Positions 46,831-55,379 of a stretch of 64,000 nt of DNA are shown one piece after another. The stretch is from Candidatus Eiseniibacteriota bacterium (GTDB taxonomy: Bacteria; Eisenbacteria; RBG-16-71-46; CAZAMP01): NCBI GenBank assembly GCA_965224245.1, contig OZ245046.1, positions 2,272,001-2,336,000 of the forward strand, read 5' to 3'. The notes under the pieces are model-generated. The model saw nothing but the letters and a program-made list of their open reading frames with translations. It was not told where the DNA came from and did no database searches. The translations under genes and the position numbers were made by a program. Position 1 is the stretch's first letter. Each line of letters starts with the position of its first letter.

Positions 46831-47292
46831 GTGGACATCCTTCCGACCCAGAAAGAGGGGCACCTGATCGTCGCCGCGCTCCGCATCATCGAGCATCGGG
46901 AGGGCCGCCCCGGCGGCCCCGACGAGGTCGCCACGCTCCTCGCTCTCCAGCGCGAGGAGGTCGCCCACTGGTGCCGCGGACTGGAACGCCACGGCGTCCT
47001 CGGCCGCATCGAGAACCCGTTCGACGTGCGCTACGAGCTCCGCGACCACACCCGGCTCGAGACGCTCCCCGCCGCGCACGACGCATCGGTGCTGCGCGAG
47101 GAGGTCGACGCGTTTCGCGAGCGCGCCGAGGAGCGGAACGCCGACCTCGACGAGCTGTTCGGCGTGGGCATGGCCGACCGGAAGAAGAAGGACATGAACA
47201 AGCTCGAGAAGGAGCTGAAGCGCTTCCAGAAGTCCGGTCGCGGCCGCTCCCCGTTCGACCGCCCGAGCGACCCCTCCGACGAGGACGAGTGA
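46831..47292 (+). CDS. Hypothetical protein, possible winged-HTH plus charged C-terminal helix
   Basis: GAGGT RBS, typical codon usage; PDEVATLLALQREEVAHWCRGLERHGVL resembles a wHTH. Confidence 0.8.
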   Translation: MDILPTQKEGHLIVAALRIIEHREGRPGGPDEVATLLALQREEVAHWCRGLERHGVLGRIENPFDVRYELRDHTRLETLPAAHDASVLREEVDAFRERAEERNADLDELFGVGMADRKKKDMNKLEKELKRFQKSGRGRSPFDRPSDPSDEDE

Positions 47293-47374
47293 CCGCCTTC
47301 GCTCTTCACTTCAGGTCCCGACTACAAGCCGATATTGAAACACACTCTACGGCCGAGATCCACGACGCGTACGA

Positions 47375-49183
47375 TCACCGGGCGACGGTGACCCGCCACG
47401 TCCGCCGGCTCGATCCGGCGTCGACGACCACCCAGTAGACGCCGGGCGGCGCCGGCGCTCCGGACGCGAGCGCGCCGTCCCAGCTGACGGCCCCGGCGCG
47501 ATCGGGCCGAACGGTGACGCGGCGCACGAGGCGCCCGGCCGCGTCGTGAACGTCGAGCCGCGCCTCGACGTTCTCGGCGAGCGCGGCGTCGATCCGCACC
47601 GCTCCCCCGGTCGGGTTCGGCGCGGGGGGCGACGTCGCACCGCTCACCGCCGGCGCGATCGCGCTCGCGAGAGCCCGTGGCTCGTCTCGGCCGATCCCGT
47701 GGAGGCGGTACCGGATGCGGCCGGTCTCAGCCCGTTCGTCGACGACCTCGTACCGGTCGCCGATCGCCTGCCCCCCGCAGAGGACCTCGGCGACCACGCG
47801 ATCGCCTGTCCGCGCACCGGCGACGACCCGGAACCCGGGGCACCCATCGCCGGCCGCGTACCACGAGAGCCGGACCCGCCGATCGCCGAGCCGCTCGGCC
47901 CGGAAGCCGCTCGTCTGGACCGGGACGAGCTCGCACGCGTTCAGGAGCACCGAGACGCTGCCGTCGAAGTAGTCGGTCACGACGACGTCGGGGCGGAGAT
48001 CCCGGTCCAGGTCCGCGATGGCTGCGGCCCTGGGATACTGGCCGAGCGGGAAGCTGCGCGCCGGCGCGAACGTCCCGTCCCCCAGCCCGACGAGCACCGA
48101 GAGGTCGTCGTCGTGCGAGTTCGGGGTGACGATGTCGAGAAAGCCGTCGCCGGTGAGATCGGCCGTGGCCAGGAAGCCCGGGCTCACGTCCGAGCCGTCA
48201 CCCACGGTGTAGAACACCGCGGGCGCGTACGTCCCCGTCGGCTGGCCGCCGTCGGTGACGGCGAGGAGAATCGCCACGTCGTTGCTCGAGGCATTGGCGA
48301 TGGCCAGGTCGGGCACGTCGTCGGCGTCGAAGCGTCCGGCCACGACGCCGACCGGCGTCACGCCCACGTCGTACGACGCGTCCAGCGTGAACGACGTGCC
48401 GTCGCCGGTGGCCAGGAAGACCTGACACACGCGATCGGTGCCGCAGACGACGATGGCATCGAGGTGCTCGTCGGCGTCCGCGTGGAGGAGCGCCACCGCG
48501 GCGGGTCCGTCACCGGTGGGGATTCGCTCGCGCGGGGTTACCAGCGACCCGTCGCCCGTGCCCAGGAGCACGACGAGCTCGTCGGTGTCTCGCGCGGTGA
48601 CGACGAGGTCCACGCGCGTGTCGCCGTCGACGTCGCCGGTGGCGAGCGCGGTGGGGTTCGGGCCGACGCCGCGAATCACGTCGGGGCGGAAGCTCCCCGC
48701 CCACGTCCCGGCGGCGCCGTCGCCGATCAGCACGACGAGCGAGTCCGACGACGCGAAGGTGTTGGCCACGACGACGTCGTCGATGCCGTCCCCGTCGAGG
48801 TCGGCGATCGCGAACTCCCTCGGGAAGTTGCCCGCCGGGGTCACGATCGCGCCGTCGAGGGGCGTGAACGTGCCGTCCCCGTGGCCGGGCATGACGATGA
48901 ACGCGTCGCTGCCCTCGGCGGTGACCCCGAGGTCGAGATGACCGTCGCGGTCGAAGTCGTGGGGCTCGATCCACCAGGTGCCGATCCCGGCGTCGAGCAC
49001 CAGGGGGACGTCGAACGCGGGACACTCGTCCCCGGCGCGCGAGACGGCCGCCGCGGCGAGCGCCGTGACCGAGACCACGAGGGCAATCGGGACGGCGACC
49101 GCGAGCCGCGCCCGGACCGACCGGACGCGGATCGGGGCGAGGGGGTCCGGGGTCCCGTGCGAATGAGGAGTGCGTTTCGACAT
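47375..49183 (-). CDS. Secreted FG-GAP/VCBS repeat protein with FlgD-like C-terminal domain
   Basis: Repeated DxDGDGxxD and LGxGDGTF motifs; PNP...HDAAGRLVR...WDG...PGVYWV. Confidence 0.9.
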   Translation of the reverse strand: MSKRTPHSHGTPDPLAPIRVRSVRARLAVAVPIALVVSVTALAAAAVSRAGDECPAFDVPLVLDAGIGTWWIEPHDFDRDGHLDLGVTAEGSDAFIVMPGHGDGTFTPLDGAIVTPAGNFPREFAIADLDGDGIDDVVVANTFASSDSLVVLIGDGAAGTWAGSFRPDVIRGVGPNPTALATGDVDGDTRVDLVVTARDTDELVVLLGTGDGSLVTPRERIPTGDGPAAVALLHADADEHLDAIVVCGTDRVCQVFLATGDGTSFTLDASYDVGVTPVGVVAGRFDADDVPDLAIANASSNDVAILLAVTDGGQPTGTYAPAVFYTVGDGSDVSPGFLATADLTGDGFLDIVTPNSHDDDLSVLVGLGDGTFAPARSFPLGQYPRAAAIADLDRDLRPDVVVTDYFDGSVSVLLNACELVPVQTSGFRAERLGDRRVRLSWYAAGDGCPGFRVVAGARTGDRVVAEVLCGGQAIGDRYEVVDERAETGRIRYRLHGIGRDEPRALASAIAPAVSGATSPPAPNPTGGAVRIDAALAENVEARLDVHDAAGRLVRRVTVRPDRAGAVSWDGALASGAPAPPGVYWVVVDAGSSRRTWRVTVAR

Positions 49184-49251
49184 CGGACGATCATAACCCA
49201 TCGGGACGCGGCCCTTTGCCCCGCCGGGGGCCGGACCGTACACTCGCGCGC

Positions 49252-50457
49252 ATGGACACCGCCCCGCCGGCGCCGCGACGCCGCCGCTCACGCGTTCTCG
49301 GGAACCTCGCCCTCGCCCTCGGCTCGACCCTCGTGGTGGTCATCCTGGCGGAGGTGGCCGTGCGGACCTGGAACCCGGTCCCGCGGATGCCTCACCGCTT
49401 CTCCCCGAAGACGCTCTACGAGCCCGTCCCCGGCGCCACGTTCACGTACCAGCGTCGGGAGTTCCGGCAGGAGATCCGGTACACGGCCCTCGGCCTGCGC
49501 GATCGTCCGCTCGACCCGGCCAAGCCGCCCGGGGTCCGCCGCGTCCTGGTCATCGGGGACTCGTTCGCCGAGGCGCTGGAGGTCGCCCTGGACGAGAGCT
49601 TCTCGCGCCGGCTCGAGGCCGAGCTGGACCGCCTCGGGAGCCCGGCCGAGGTCGTGAACCTCGGCGTCAGCGGCTACAGCACCGTGCAGGCCCTCCGCCG
49701 GCTGGACGCCCTCGGCTGGCGGTTCGCCCCCGACGACGTCGTGTACCTCGCGCATCCGAACGACTTCGCCGACAACGTGAGTGGCGACGCGAGTGCGCTC
49801 TACACGGTCAGCGAGTCGGGCTCGCTGACCTTCCGGGATCTCGAGGTCCCGGGCATCGAGCGGCGGCTGCGATCGGTGCACGACTGGCTGAAGCGCCGTT
49901 CGTCGCTGTACCAGCTCGCACGGGCGGGACGACTGGGCCGTTCGCCGCGCCCCCCCGAGCCGGGGGTCGGCGAGGACGCGCGGGACGCACGGGGTGTCAG
50001 GGAACCCATTCCCGACCGGCAACGTGACATCATGGCTGCGGCCCTCCAGACCCTGGCCGCCGCCTGCGACGCGCACGGCGCCCGGCTCTGGGTGACGATG
50101 GCCACCGCGAAGGACCCCGCCGCCGCGGCTCGGGACCGGCGCCAGACGCCGGTGTCGGTGCTGGCCGGGCTGGCCTCGGAGGTGAACGTGCCGTTCGTGG
50201 ATCTCAGGCCGACGTTTCGATCCCCCGAGGCGGCGCGCGGGCGGGCGTTCTTCGAGATCGACGGCCACTGGAACGCGATCGGACACCGGCTGGCGGCCCG
50301 GGACGTGGCGCGCGCGCTGGTCGGTGGCGGACGCCGTGCCGATGACCGCCGGGCGCCCGCCAGAGACGGCGGCGGCGCCTCGACCCCGACGACGATCGCC
50401 GACGACCGCGGCCGGCCGGGCGTGCCGGATGCCGCCCTGCCCCCCCCTCATCCGTGA
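49252..50457 (+). CDS. Membrane-anchored SGNH/GDSL hydrolase (AlgX/AlgJ-like)
   Basis: N-terminal TM; IGDSF, NLGVSGYS, PND, DGHWN. Confidence 0.88.
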   Translation: MDTAPPAPRRRRSRVLGNLALALGSTLVVVILAEVAVRTWNPVPRMPHRFSPKTLYEPVPGATFTYQRREFRQEIRYTALGLRDRPLDPAKPPGVRRVLVIGDSFAEALEVALDESFSRRLEAELDRLGSPAEVVNLGVSGYSTVQALRRLDALGWRFAPDDVVYLAHPNDFADNVSGDASALYTVSESGSLTFRDLEVPGIERRLRSVHDWLKRRSSLYQLARAGRLGRSPRPPEPGVGEDARDARGVREPIPDRQRDIMAAALQTLAAACDAHGARLWVTMATAKDPAAAARDRRQTPVSVLAGLASEVNVPFVDLRPTFRSPEAARGRAFFEIDGHWNAIGHRLAARDVARALVGGGRRADDRRAPARDGGGASTPTTIADDRGRPGVPDAALPPPHP

Positions 50458-50470
50458 GGACGATGCGCAC

Positions 50471-51133
50471 ATGCACGACGACGACTTCATCCCCTACACC
50501 GGACCCGACCTGACCCCCGACGCCGGACGACGGGCCGGCGAGCGCTTCGAGACCGAGATGGCGTCACGCCGGAGCGTGCGTCACTTCCGCGACACGCCGG
50601 TGCCGGCCGACATGATCGCGCGCGCGGTCCGGGTCGCGTCCCGGGCGCCCTCGGGCGCCAATCAGCAGCCGTGGACGTTCGTCGCGGTCTCGGACCCGGA
50701 CGTGAAGCGGCGCATCCGCCTGGCCGCCGAGCGCGAGGAGCGCGAGAACTACGAGGGTCGCTTCCCCGAGCGGTGGCTCGAGGACCTCCGCCACCTGGGC
50801 ACGAACGCCGAGAAGCCGTATCTCGAGATCGTTCCCTGGCTCATCGTCGTGTTTCGTCAGACCACCGCGCCCGACGGCTCGCGGCACTACTACACGTCCG
50901 AGTCGGTGGGACTGGCCTGCGGCTTCCTGTTCGCGGCGCTCCACGTTCAGGGGCTGGCCACGCTCTGCCACACGCCCAACCCGATGCGCTTCCTCAGCGA
51001 GATCCTCGAGCGCCCGGCCCACGAGAAGCCCTACATGCTGATCCCGGTCGGGTATCCCAGCGAGGACTGCCGCGTCCCGAACATCTCGAAGAAGTCGCTC
51101 GACGAGGTTCTCGTCGTGGTCGGGGATCACTAG
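50471..51133 (+). CDS. Nitroreductase superfamily protein, iodotyrosine deiodinase-like
   Basis: RRSVRHF, APSGANQQPW, AAEREERENY, WLEDL..LGTNAEKPYLE, HTPNPM. Confidence 0.88.
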   Translation: MHDDDFIPYTGPDLTPDAGRRAGERFETEMASRRSVRHFRDTPVPADMIARAVRVASRAPSGANQQPWTFVAVSDPDVKRRIRLAAEREERENYEGRFPERWLEDLRHLGTNAEKPYLEIVPWLIVVFRQTTAPDGSRHYYTSESVGLACGFLFAALHVQGLATLCHTPNPMRFLSEILERPAHEKPYMLIPVGYPSEDCRVPNISKKSLDEVLVVVGDH

Positions 51134-51135
51134 AC

Positions 51136-52200
51136 GTGCGCATCCTGCACCGAAGCGCGCCCACGCTGCCCGAGCTGACCGAGCCGTCCCGCGGGCAGGT
51201 CCTGGCCGTGATCTCGGCCATCGGGTACACCCTCCTCGTGCTGGCGGGCACGCTCTATCCGTTCCGGTTCGCCGAGCCCCGACACGTTCGCGACCTTCGG
51301 AATCCGGCACCGGCGTGGTCCGAGAACGGCATGACGTTTCACGGCACCGGGATGTTCTCGCTCGGTCGCAAGAGCCCCGAGCTCGTCGACGCGGTTCGTG
51401 ACGCGGGCGTGTTCGGCGTGCACGTCGAGCTACGGACCGCCGACGACGAGCGACGCCCCCGCCGGATCGTCTCGCTCGAGGCCTCGCCGTATCGACCGGC
51501 GTTCACCCTCAGTCAGGTCGGGGATGCGCTCCGCCTCCGGATCGGCGGCGAGAACGCGACCACCAACGACTACATCTTCTGGGACGTGTTGCCCGACTCG
51601 GTCTGGTCGGACGTGTGGATCACGGTCGCCCCGGACTCGGTGCGCGCGTGGCACGACGGCCGCGTCGTCGCGGGCCACCGCACCGTGGGCTTCGCCCCCG
51701 ACAGCTGGCCCGACGACCCGTTCCTCGTGGCCGGCAACGACACCAACGGCGAGGTCGGATGGGAGGGCGACCTCGCCGTGCTCGCCCTCTTCGCTCCCGA
51801 CGCGGCGGATCTCCCCGATCGCCTGGAGCCGATCTTCCTCGCGGACGGACGCGCGAACCGGCGGCCGCCGGCGTGGGAGCCGCACAAGACCGACGTGCGC
51901 GGTCGCACGGCCGATGCGCCCTGGTCGCTGGTGCCGTTCAGCGAGCCCGCCGATCGGGCGTGGGCGCGGCACGACTGGATCCAGAACCTCGTGCTGTTCG
52001 TCCCCCTCGGGATGATCCTCTCCGGGCTCGGGTGGCGGATCTGGGTGGTCGCCCTGGCGTGCCTCGGTCTGAGCGCGGGCATCGAGCTGACGCAGGTGTT
52101 CCTGCCGCTCCGCCACACCCAGGCCACCGACGTCGTGCTGAACACGCTCGGCGGCGCCCTCGGTGCGTTCATGCTCACCTCCACGGCGCGACGCGCTTGA
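51136..52200 (+). CDS. VanZ family membrane protein with an inserted LamG-like domain
   Basis: GTLYPF N-terminal TM; RIVS, WEGDL LamG-like motifs; NLVLFVPLG, SAGIELTQ, DVVLNTLG. Confidence 0.8.
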   Translation: MRILHRSAPTLPELTEPSRGQVLAVISAIGYTLLVLAGTLYPFRFAEPRHVRDLRNPAPAWSENGMTFHGTGMFSLGRKSPELVDAVRDAGVFGVHVELRTADDERRPRRIVSLEASPYRPAFTLSQVGDALRLRIGGENATTNDYIFWDVLPDSVWSDVWITVAPDSVRAWHDGRVVAGHRTVGFAPDSWPDDPFLVAGNDTNGEVGWEGDLAVLALFAPDAADLPDRLEPIFLADGRANRRPPAWEPHKTDVRGRTADAPWSLVPFSEPADRAWARHDWIQNLVLFVPLGMILSGLGWRIWVVALACLGLSAGIELTQVFLPLRHTQATDVVLNTLGGALGAFMLTSTARRA

Positions 52201-52329
52201 CCCGACCGAGGCACGCTCCCTAGGATCCGACGCACGCGTATTCCGAGTCGGTCCACTCTCGCGAGGACGGTTCTCATCTCGACGTTCGCTCTCGCCCGTC
52301 TCGGCCGTCTCGCGCGGCGATGGCGGGAC

Positions 52330-53292
52330 GTGCCCACGCTGCTCTCGCTGATGCTGATCGCGACCCTCGGCTGCCCGTCGTCGCCCGACTCGTCGCCGCC
52401 CGGACAGGTCGACCTGGAGCGGAGCCCGGCCGCGTCGCGCACCTATCGCGACGCGATCCAGGGTCTCCGGCTCGGCGGACCGGATGCGCGCGCGGCGCTG
52501 GACTCGCTCGACGCGCTGTCGCGCCGCTATCCCGCGGCCGTGCGGCTGCGAAACGTGCTGCACAACGCGCACCTCGAGCGCGCGGACTGGGGCGCGGCCA
52601 TCGACGTGTTCGTGCGCTCGGCGGTCGAGCTGTCCCCCGACGACGAGCACCATCTCGGCAAGCTCTACGCGAAGGCCGGCCGGTTCGACGACGCGATCGC
52701 GCGGCTGGCGCCGCTCCACGAGCCCGCGCTCGCGGCCGGCCGCGCGGAGGACCCGGACCTGGCGCGCGATCTGGCCCAGGCCTATCTGGGCGCCGCCCGC
52801 TACGACGAGGCCGCGGCCTGCCTCGAATCGGCGTGGGCATCGCTTCGCACCGATCGGGACGCGCTCCGCATGCGCGGCCTGATCGCGTTCTATCGCGGCG
52901 ATCACGAGGCGGCGCTACGGGATCTGAACGCGTGCGTGGAGCGGGCGCCGGACTGGGGGCCGGGCCACTACGCGCTCGGACGCGTGCTCGCCGCCGCCGG
53001 CGACACTGACGGCGCGCGACGCCACATGGCGCGCTTCGAAGCGCTCTCCGGCGCGTCGACCGCCGAGACGAACCGTCAGATGTGGCTGAGCGGACGCTCG
53101 ATCGAGCTGACCGAGGCGCTCCGGTCCCGGCGCTGGGCCGCGTCGGAGCGCATCGCGCGCGAGATGATCGAGGCGGCCGACGACTCGCTCAAGGTCCAGC
53201 TGTACCAGGCTCTGGCCCACGCGCTCCGCGAGGACGGACGGACGGAGGAAGCCCTGAAGGCACTCCTTGCGGCCGAGGAGCTGAGGCGATGA
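52330..53292 (+). CDS. Tetratricopeptide repeat protein (probably exported)
   Basis: Hydrophobic N-terminus with TLGC; TPR-like helices such as GHYALGRVLAAAGD. Confidence 0.8.
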   Translation: MPTLLSLMLIATLGCPSSPDSSPPGQVDLERSPAASRTYRDAIQGLRLGGPDARAALDSLDALSRRYPAAVRLRNVLHNAHLERADWGAAIDVFVRSAVELSPDDEHHLGKLYAKAGRFDDAIARLAPLHEPALAAGRAEDPDLARDLAQAYLGAARYDEAAACLESAWASLRTDRDALRMRGLIAFYRGDHEAALRDLNACVERAPDWGPGHYALGRVLAAAGDTDGARRHMARFEALSGASTAETNRQMWLSGRSIELTEALRSRRWAASERIAREMIEAADDSLKVQLYQALAHALREDGRTEEALKALLAAEELRR

Positions 53293-55028
53293 GGCGCAGC
53301 CACGGCCGCGGGGGCGCCGGCCCACCGATCCTCTGTGTCGCGTTCGTCGCGCTGGTCACGGCCCCGGGCTGCGGCGGTACCGAGGACGACGCGGCGCCGG
53401 CCGGGGCGCCGGCGGCCGGACCGTTCACGTTCGTCGACGCCACGACGGCCTGGGGCCTCCGGGCGACGCATCATCCCCATCGGAGCGAGAGCCGGCACCT
53501 GCCCGAGATCATGGGTTCGGGGCTCGCGGTCGCGGACGTGAACCGCGACGGCGCGCCGGACCTCCTCGTCGTCGACTCGGGGCCACTCGAGCCCCTGGAC
53601 GAGGGTGGCGGAGAGACCCGCGTGTTCCTGAACGACGGTCGCGGCCGGCTCACCGACGGTGGTGACGCGTGGACGATGCGCCACGGCTACGGCATGGGCA
53701 TCGCCGTGGGCGACGTTGACGGCGACGGGTGGATCGACGCCTTCGTGACCACGTACGGCGCCCGGGATCGGCTCTTTCGCAACACGGGCTCGGGCTTCGT
53801 CGACGTGAGCGACGCGTGGTCGGTGCCCCGTTCCACCGAGTGGAGCACCAGCGCGGGGTTCCTGGACGCGGACGCCGACGGCGATCTCGACCTCTACGTC
53901 GCCCGCTACATCGCGTACGACCTGGCCACGGCCGTGAAATGCTACCAGAACCGCATCCACATCTACTGCACGCCCGATCTCTTCGACGCGGCGCCCGACG
54001 TCCTCCTCCGCAACGACGGCGGTCGATTCGTGAGCGACCCCGGGGCGCTCGACGCCGGCGAGGCCGGAAAGGGGCTCGCGATCTGGATCGGCGACGTCGA
54101 CCTGGACGGCGACGCGGACGTCTACGTCGCGAACGATCAGACACGCAACAACCTCCATCTGGGAAACGGCGACGGGACGTTCGACGACGTGGGCCTCGTC
54201 TCGGGCGCCGGCTACAGCGAGGAGGGGAACGAGCAGGCCGGCATGGGCGCCGACGCGACGGACGTGGACGGCGACGGCCGGCTCGACCTGGTCTGCACCA
54301 ACTTCCAGGGCGAGACGAACGCGCTCTACCTCCAGCTCGCGCCGGGGTGGTTCCGCGAGATGTCGGACGCGCTCGGGATCGGCGTGACCAGCCGCACGCA
54401 CCTCGGCTTCGGTGTCGACTTCTTCGACGCCGACAACGACGGCGACGAGGACCTGATGGTCGCGAACGGACACATCGACGACCGCGTCGAGGAGCACACG
54501 ACCGGGGTCGGATTCGCTCAGCGAAACCTCCTGTTCGCGCTCGAGGACGGTCGGTTTCGCGACGTGACCGACACGTCCGGGCCCGCGCTCTCGGACCTGA
54601 AGGTCTCGCGGGGTCTCGTCACCGCGGACTTCGACGGCGACGGGGATCTCGACGTCGCGTGCTCGAACAACGGCGGCCCCGTGCAGCTCTTGCGCAACGA
54701 CACGCCGGGCGGCGGCCGGTTCGTCGGACTGTGGCTCGAGGGCACCTCGACCAACCGCTCGGCCATCGGGGCCGTGCTCGACATCCAGATCGGAGACGAC
54801 ACGATCCATCGCCAGGTCCACGGGGCCGGCAGCTACCTCTCGGTTCCCGACCTGCGCGTGCACGTGGGGCTCGGCGACGCCCCCCGGATCGACCGTCTCG
54901 TGATCCACTGGCCGGGCGGCGAGGATCAGACGATCGAAGCGCTCGACGCGGATGCGTACTACCGCATCGTCGAGGGCCGCCTGTCCGAGCCGTTCACGCC
55001 CGGGGCCGGGGTCGTACCGCCCGGGTAG
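53289..55028 (+). CDS. CRTAC1/ASPIC-UnbV family FG-GAP lipoprotein
   Basis: LPEIMGSG, GYGMG, AGMG, SRG, NRSAIGA, GSYLS, HVGLG, IHWPGG; ATGA overlap with the TPR gene. Confidence 0.92.
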   Translation: MRRSHGRGGAGPPILCVAFVALVTAPGCGGTEDDAAPAGAPAAGPFTFVDATTAWGLRATHHPHRSESRHLPEIMGSGLAVADVNRDGAPDLLVVDSGPLEPLDEGGGETRVFLNDGRGRLTDGGDAWTMRHGYGMGIAVGDVDGDGWIDAFVTTYGARDRLFRNTGSGFVDVSDAWSVPRSTEWSTSAGFLDADADGDLDLYVARYIAYDLATAVKCYQNRIHIYCTPDLFDAAPDVLLRNDGGRFVSDPGALDAGEAGKGLAIWIGDVDLDGDADVYVANDQTRNNLHLGNGDGTFDDVGLVSGAGYSEEGNEQAGMGADATDVDGDGRLDLVCTNFQGETNALYLQLAPGWFREMSDALGIGVTSRTHLGFGVDFFDADNDGDEDLMVANGHIDDRVEEHTTGVGFAQRNLLFALEDGRFRDVTDTSGPALSDLKVSRGLVTADFDGDGDLDVACSNNGGPVQLLRNDTPGGGRFVGLWLEGTSTNRSAIGAVLDIQIGDDTIHRQVHGAGSYLSVPDLRVHVGLGDAPRIDRLVIHWPGGEDQTIEALDADAYYRIVEGRLSEPFTPGAGVVPPG

Positions 55029-55132
55029 CCCTCACGGCCGGCCCGCCACTCGCGCCGCCTCGCGCCTCTTGGCGCCTCTTGCGCGCCTCCTCCCGTCTCC
55101 GACCCCTCGCGACCGCAGGTACCCGATGCGCG

Positions 55133-55158
55133 CCACATGATGCCATTGCATCATGTGG
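55133..55158. promoter_or_regulatory. Perfect 11-bp inverted repeat, candidate operator
   Basis: CCACATGATGC-CATT-GCATCATGTGG in the spacer upstream of the cytolysin-like gene. Confidence 0.45.
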
Positions 55159-55379
55159 GGTGCCGCACGATCCCCCTAGACTCCGGCTAACGTTCGGTCG
55201 AGATCGACGAGGAGCGCCCCTTCGCCGCTCGTCCCGAACCGCGTTCGCGGCTCGCCGACGGCGCGATCGCCACCGATGCCGCGACTCCGACTCCCGGGGG
55301 CCCACGCACGCGTGCGTTCAAACGTCGCACGACTCGCGGGTCGGTCCCGGTGACCAGCTCTTGCGGAAGGAGACGACCC

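Noticed and set aside
47900-48970. Repetitive DNA in FG-GAP genes (also LVIVD and TPR genes)
   Set aside because: Explained by protein repeat domains; no RT or TR/VR pair to suggest a diversity-generating element.
55061-55091. Short imperfect GCGCCTCTT repeats
   Set aside because: Three degenerate copies, low complexity, no supporting context.
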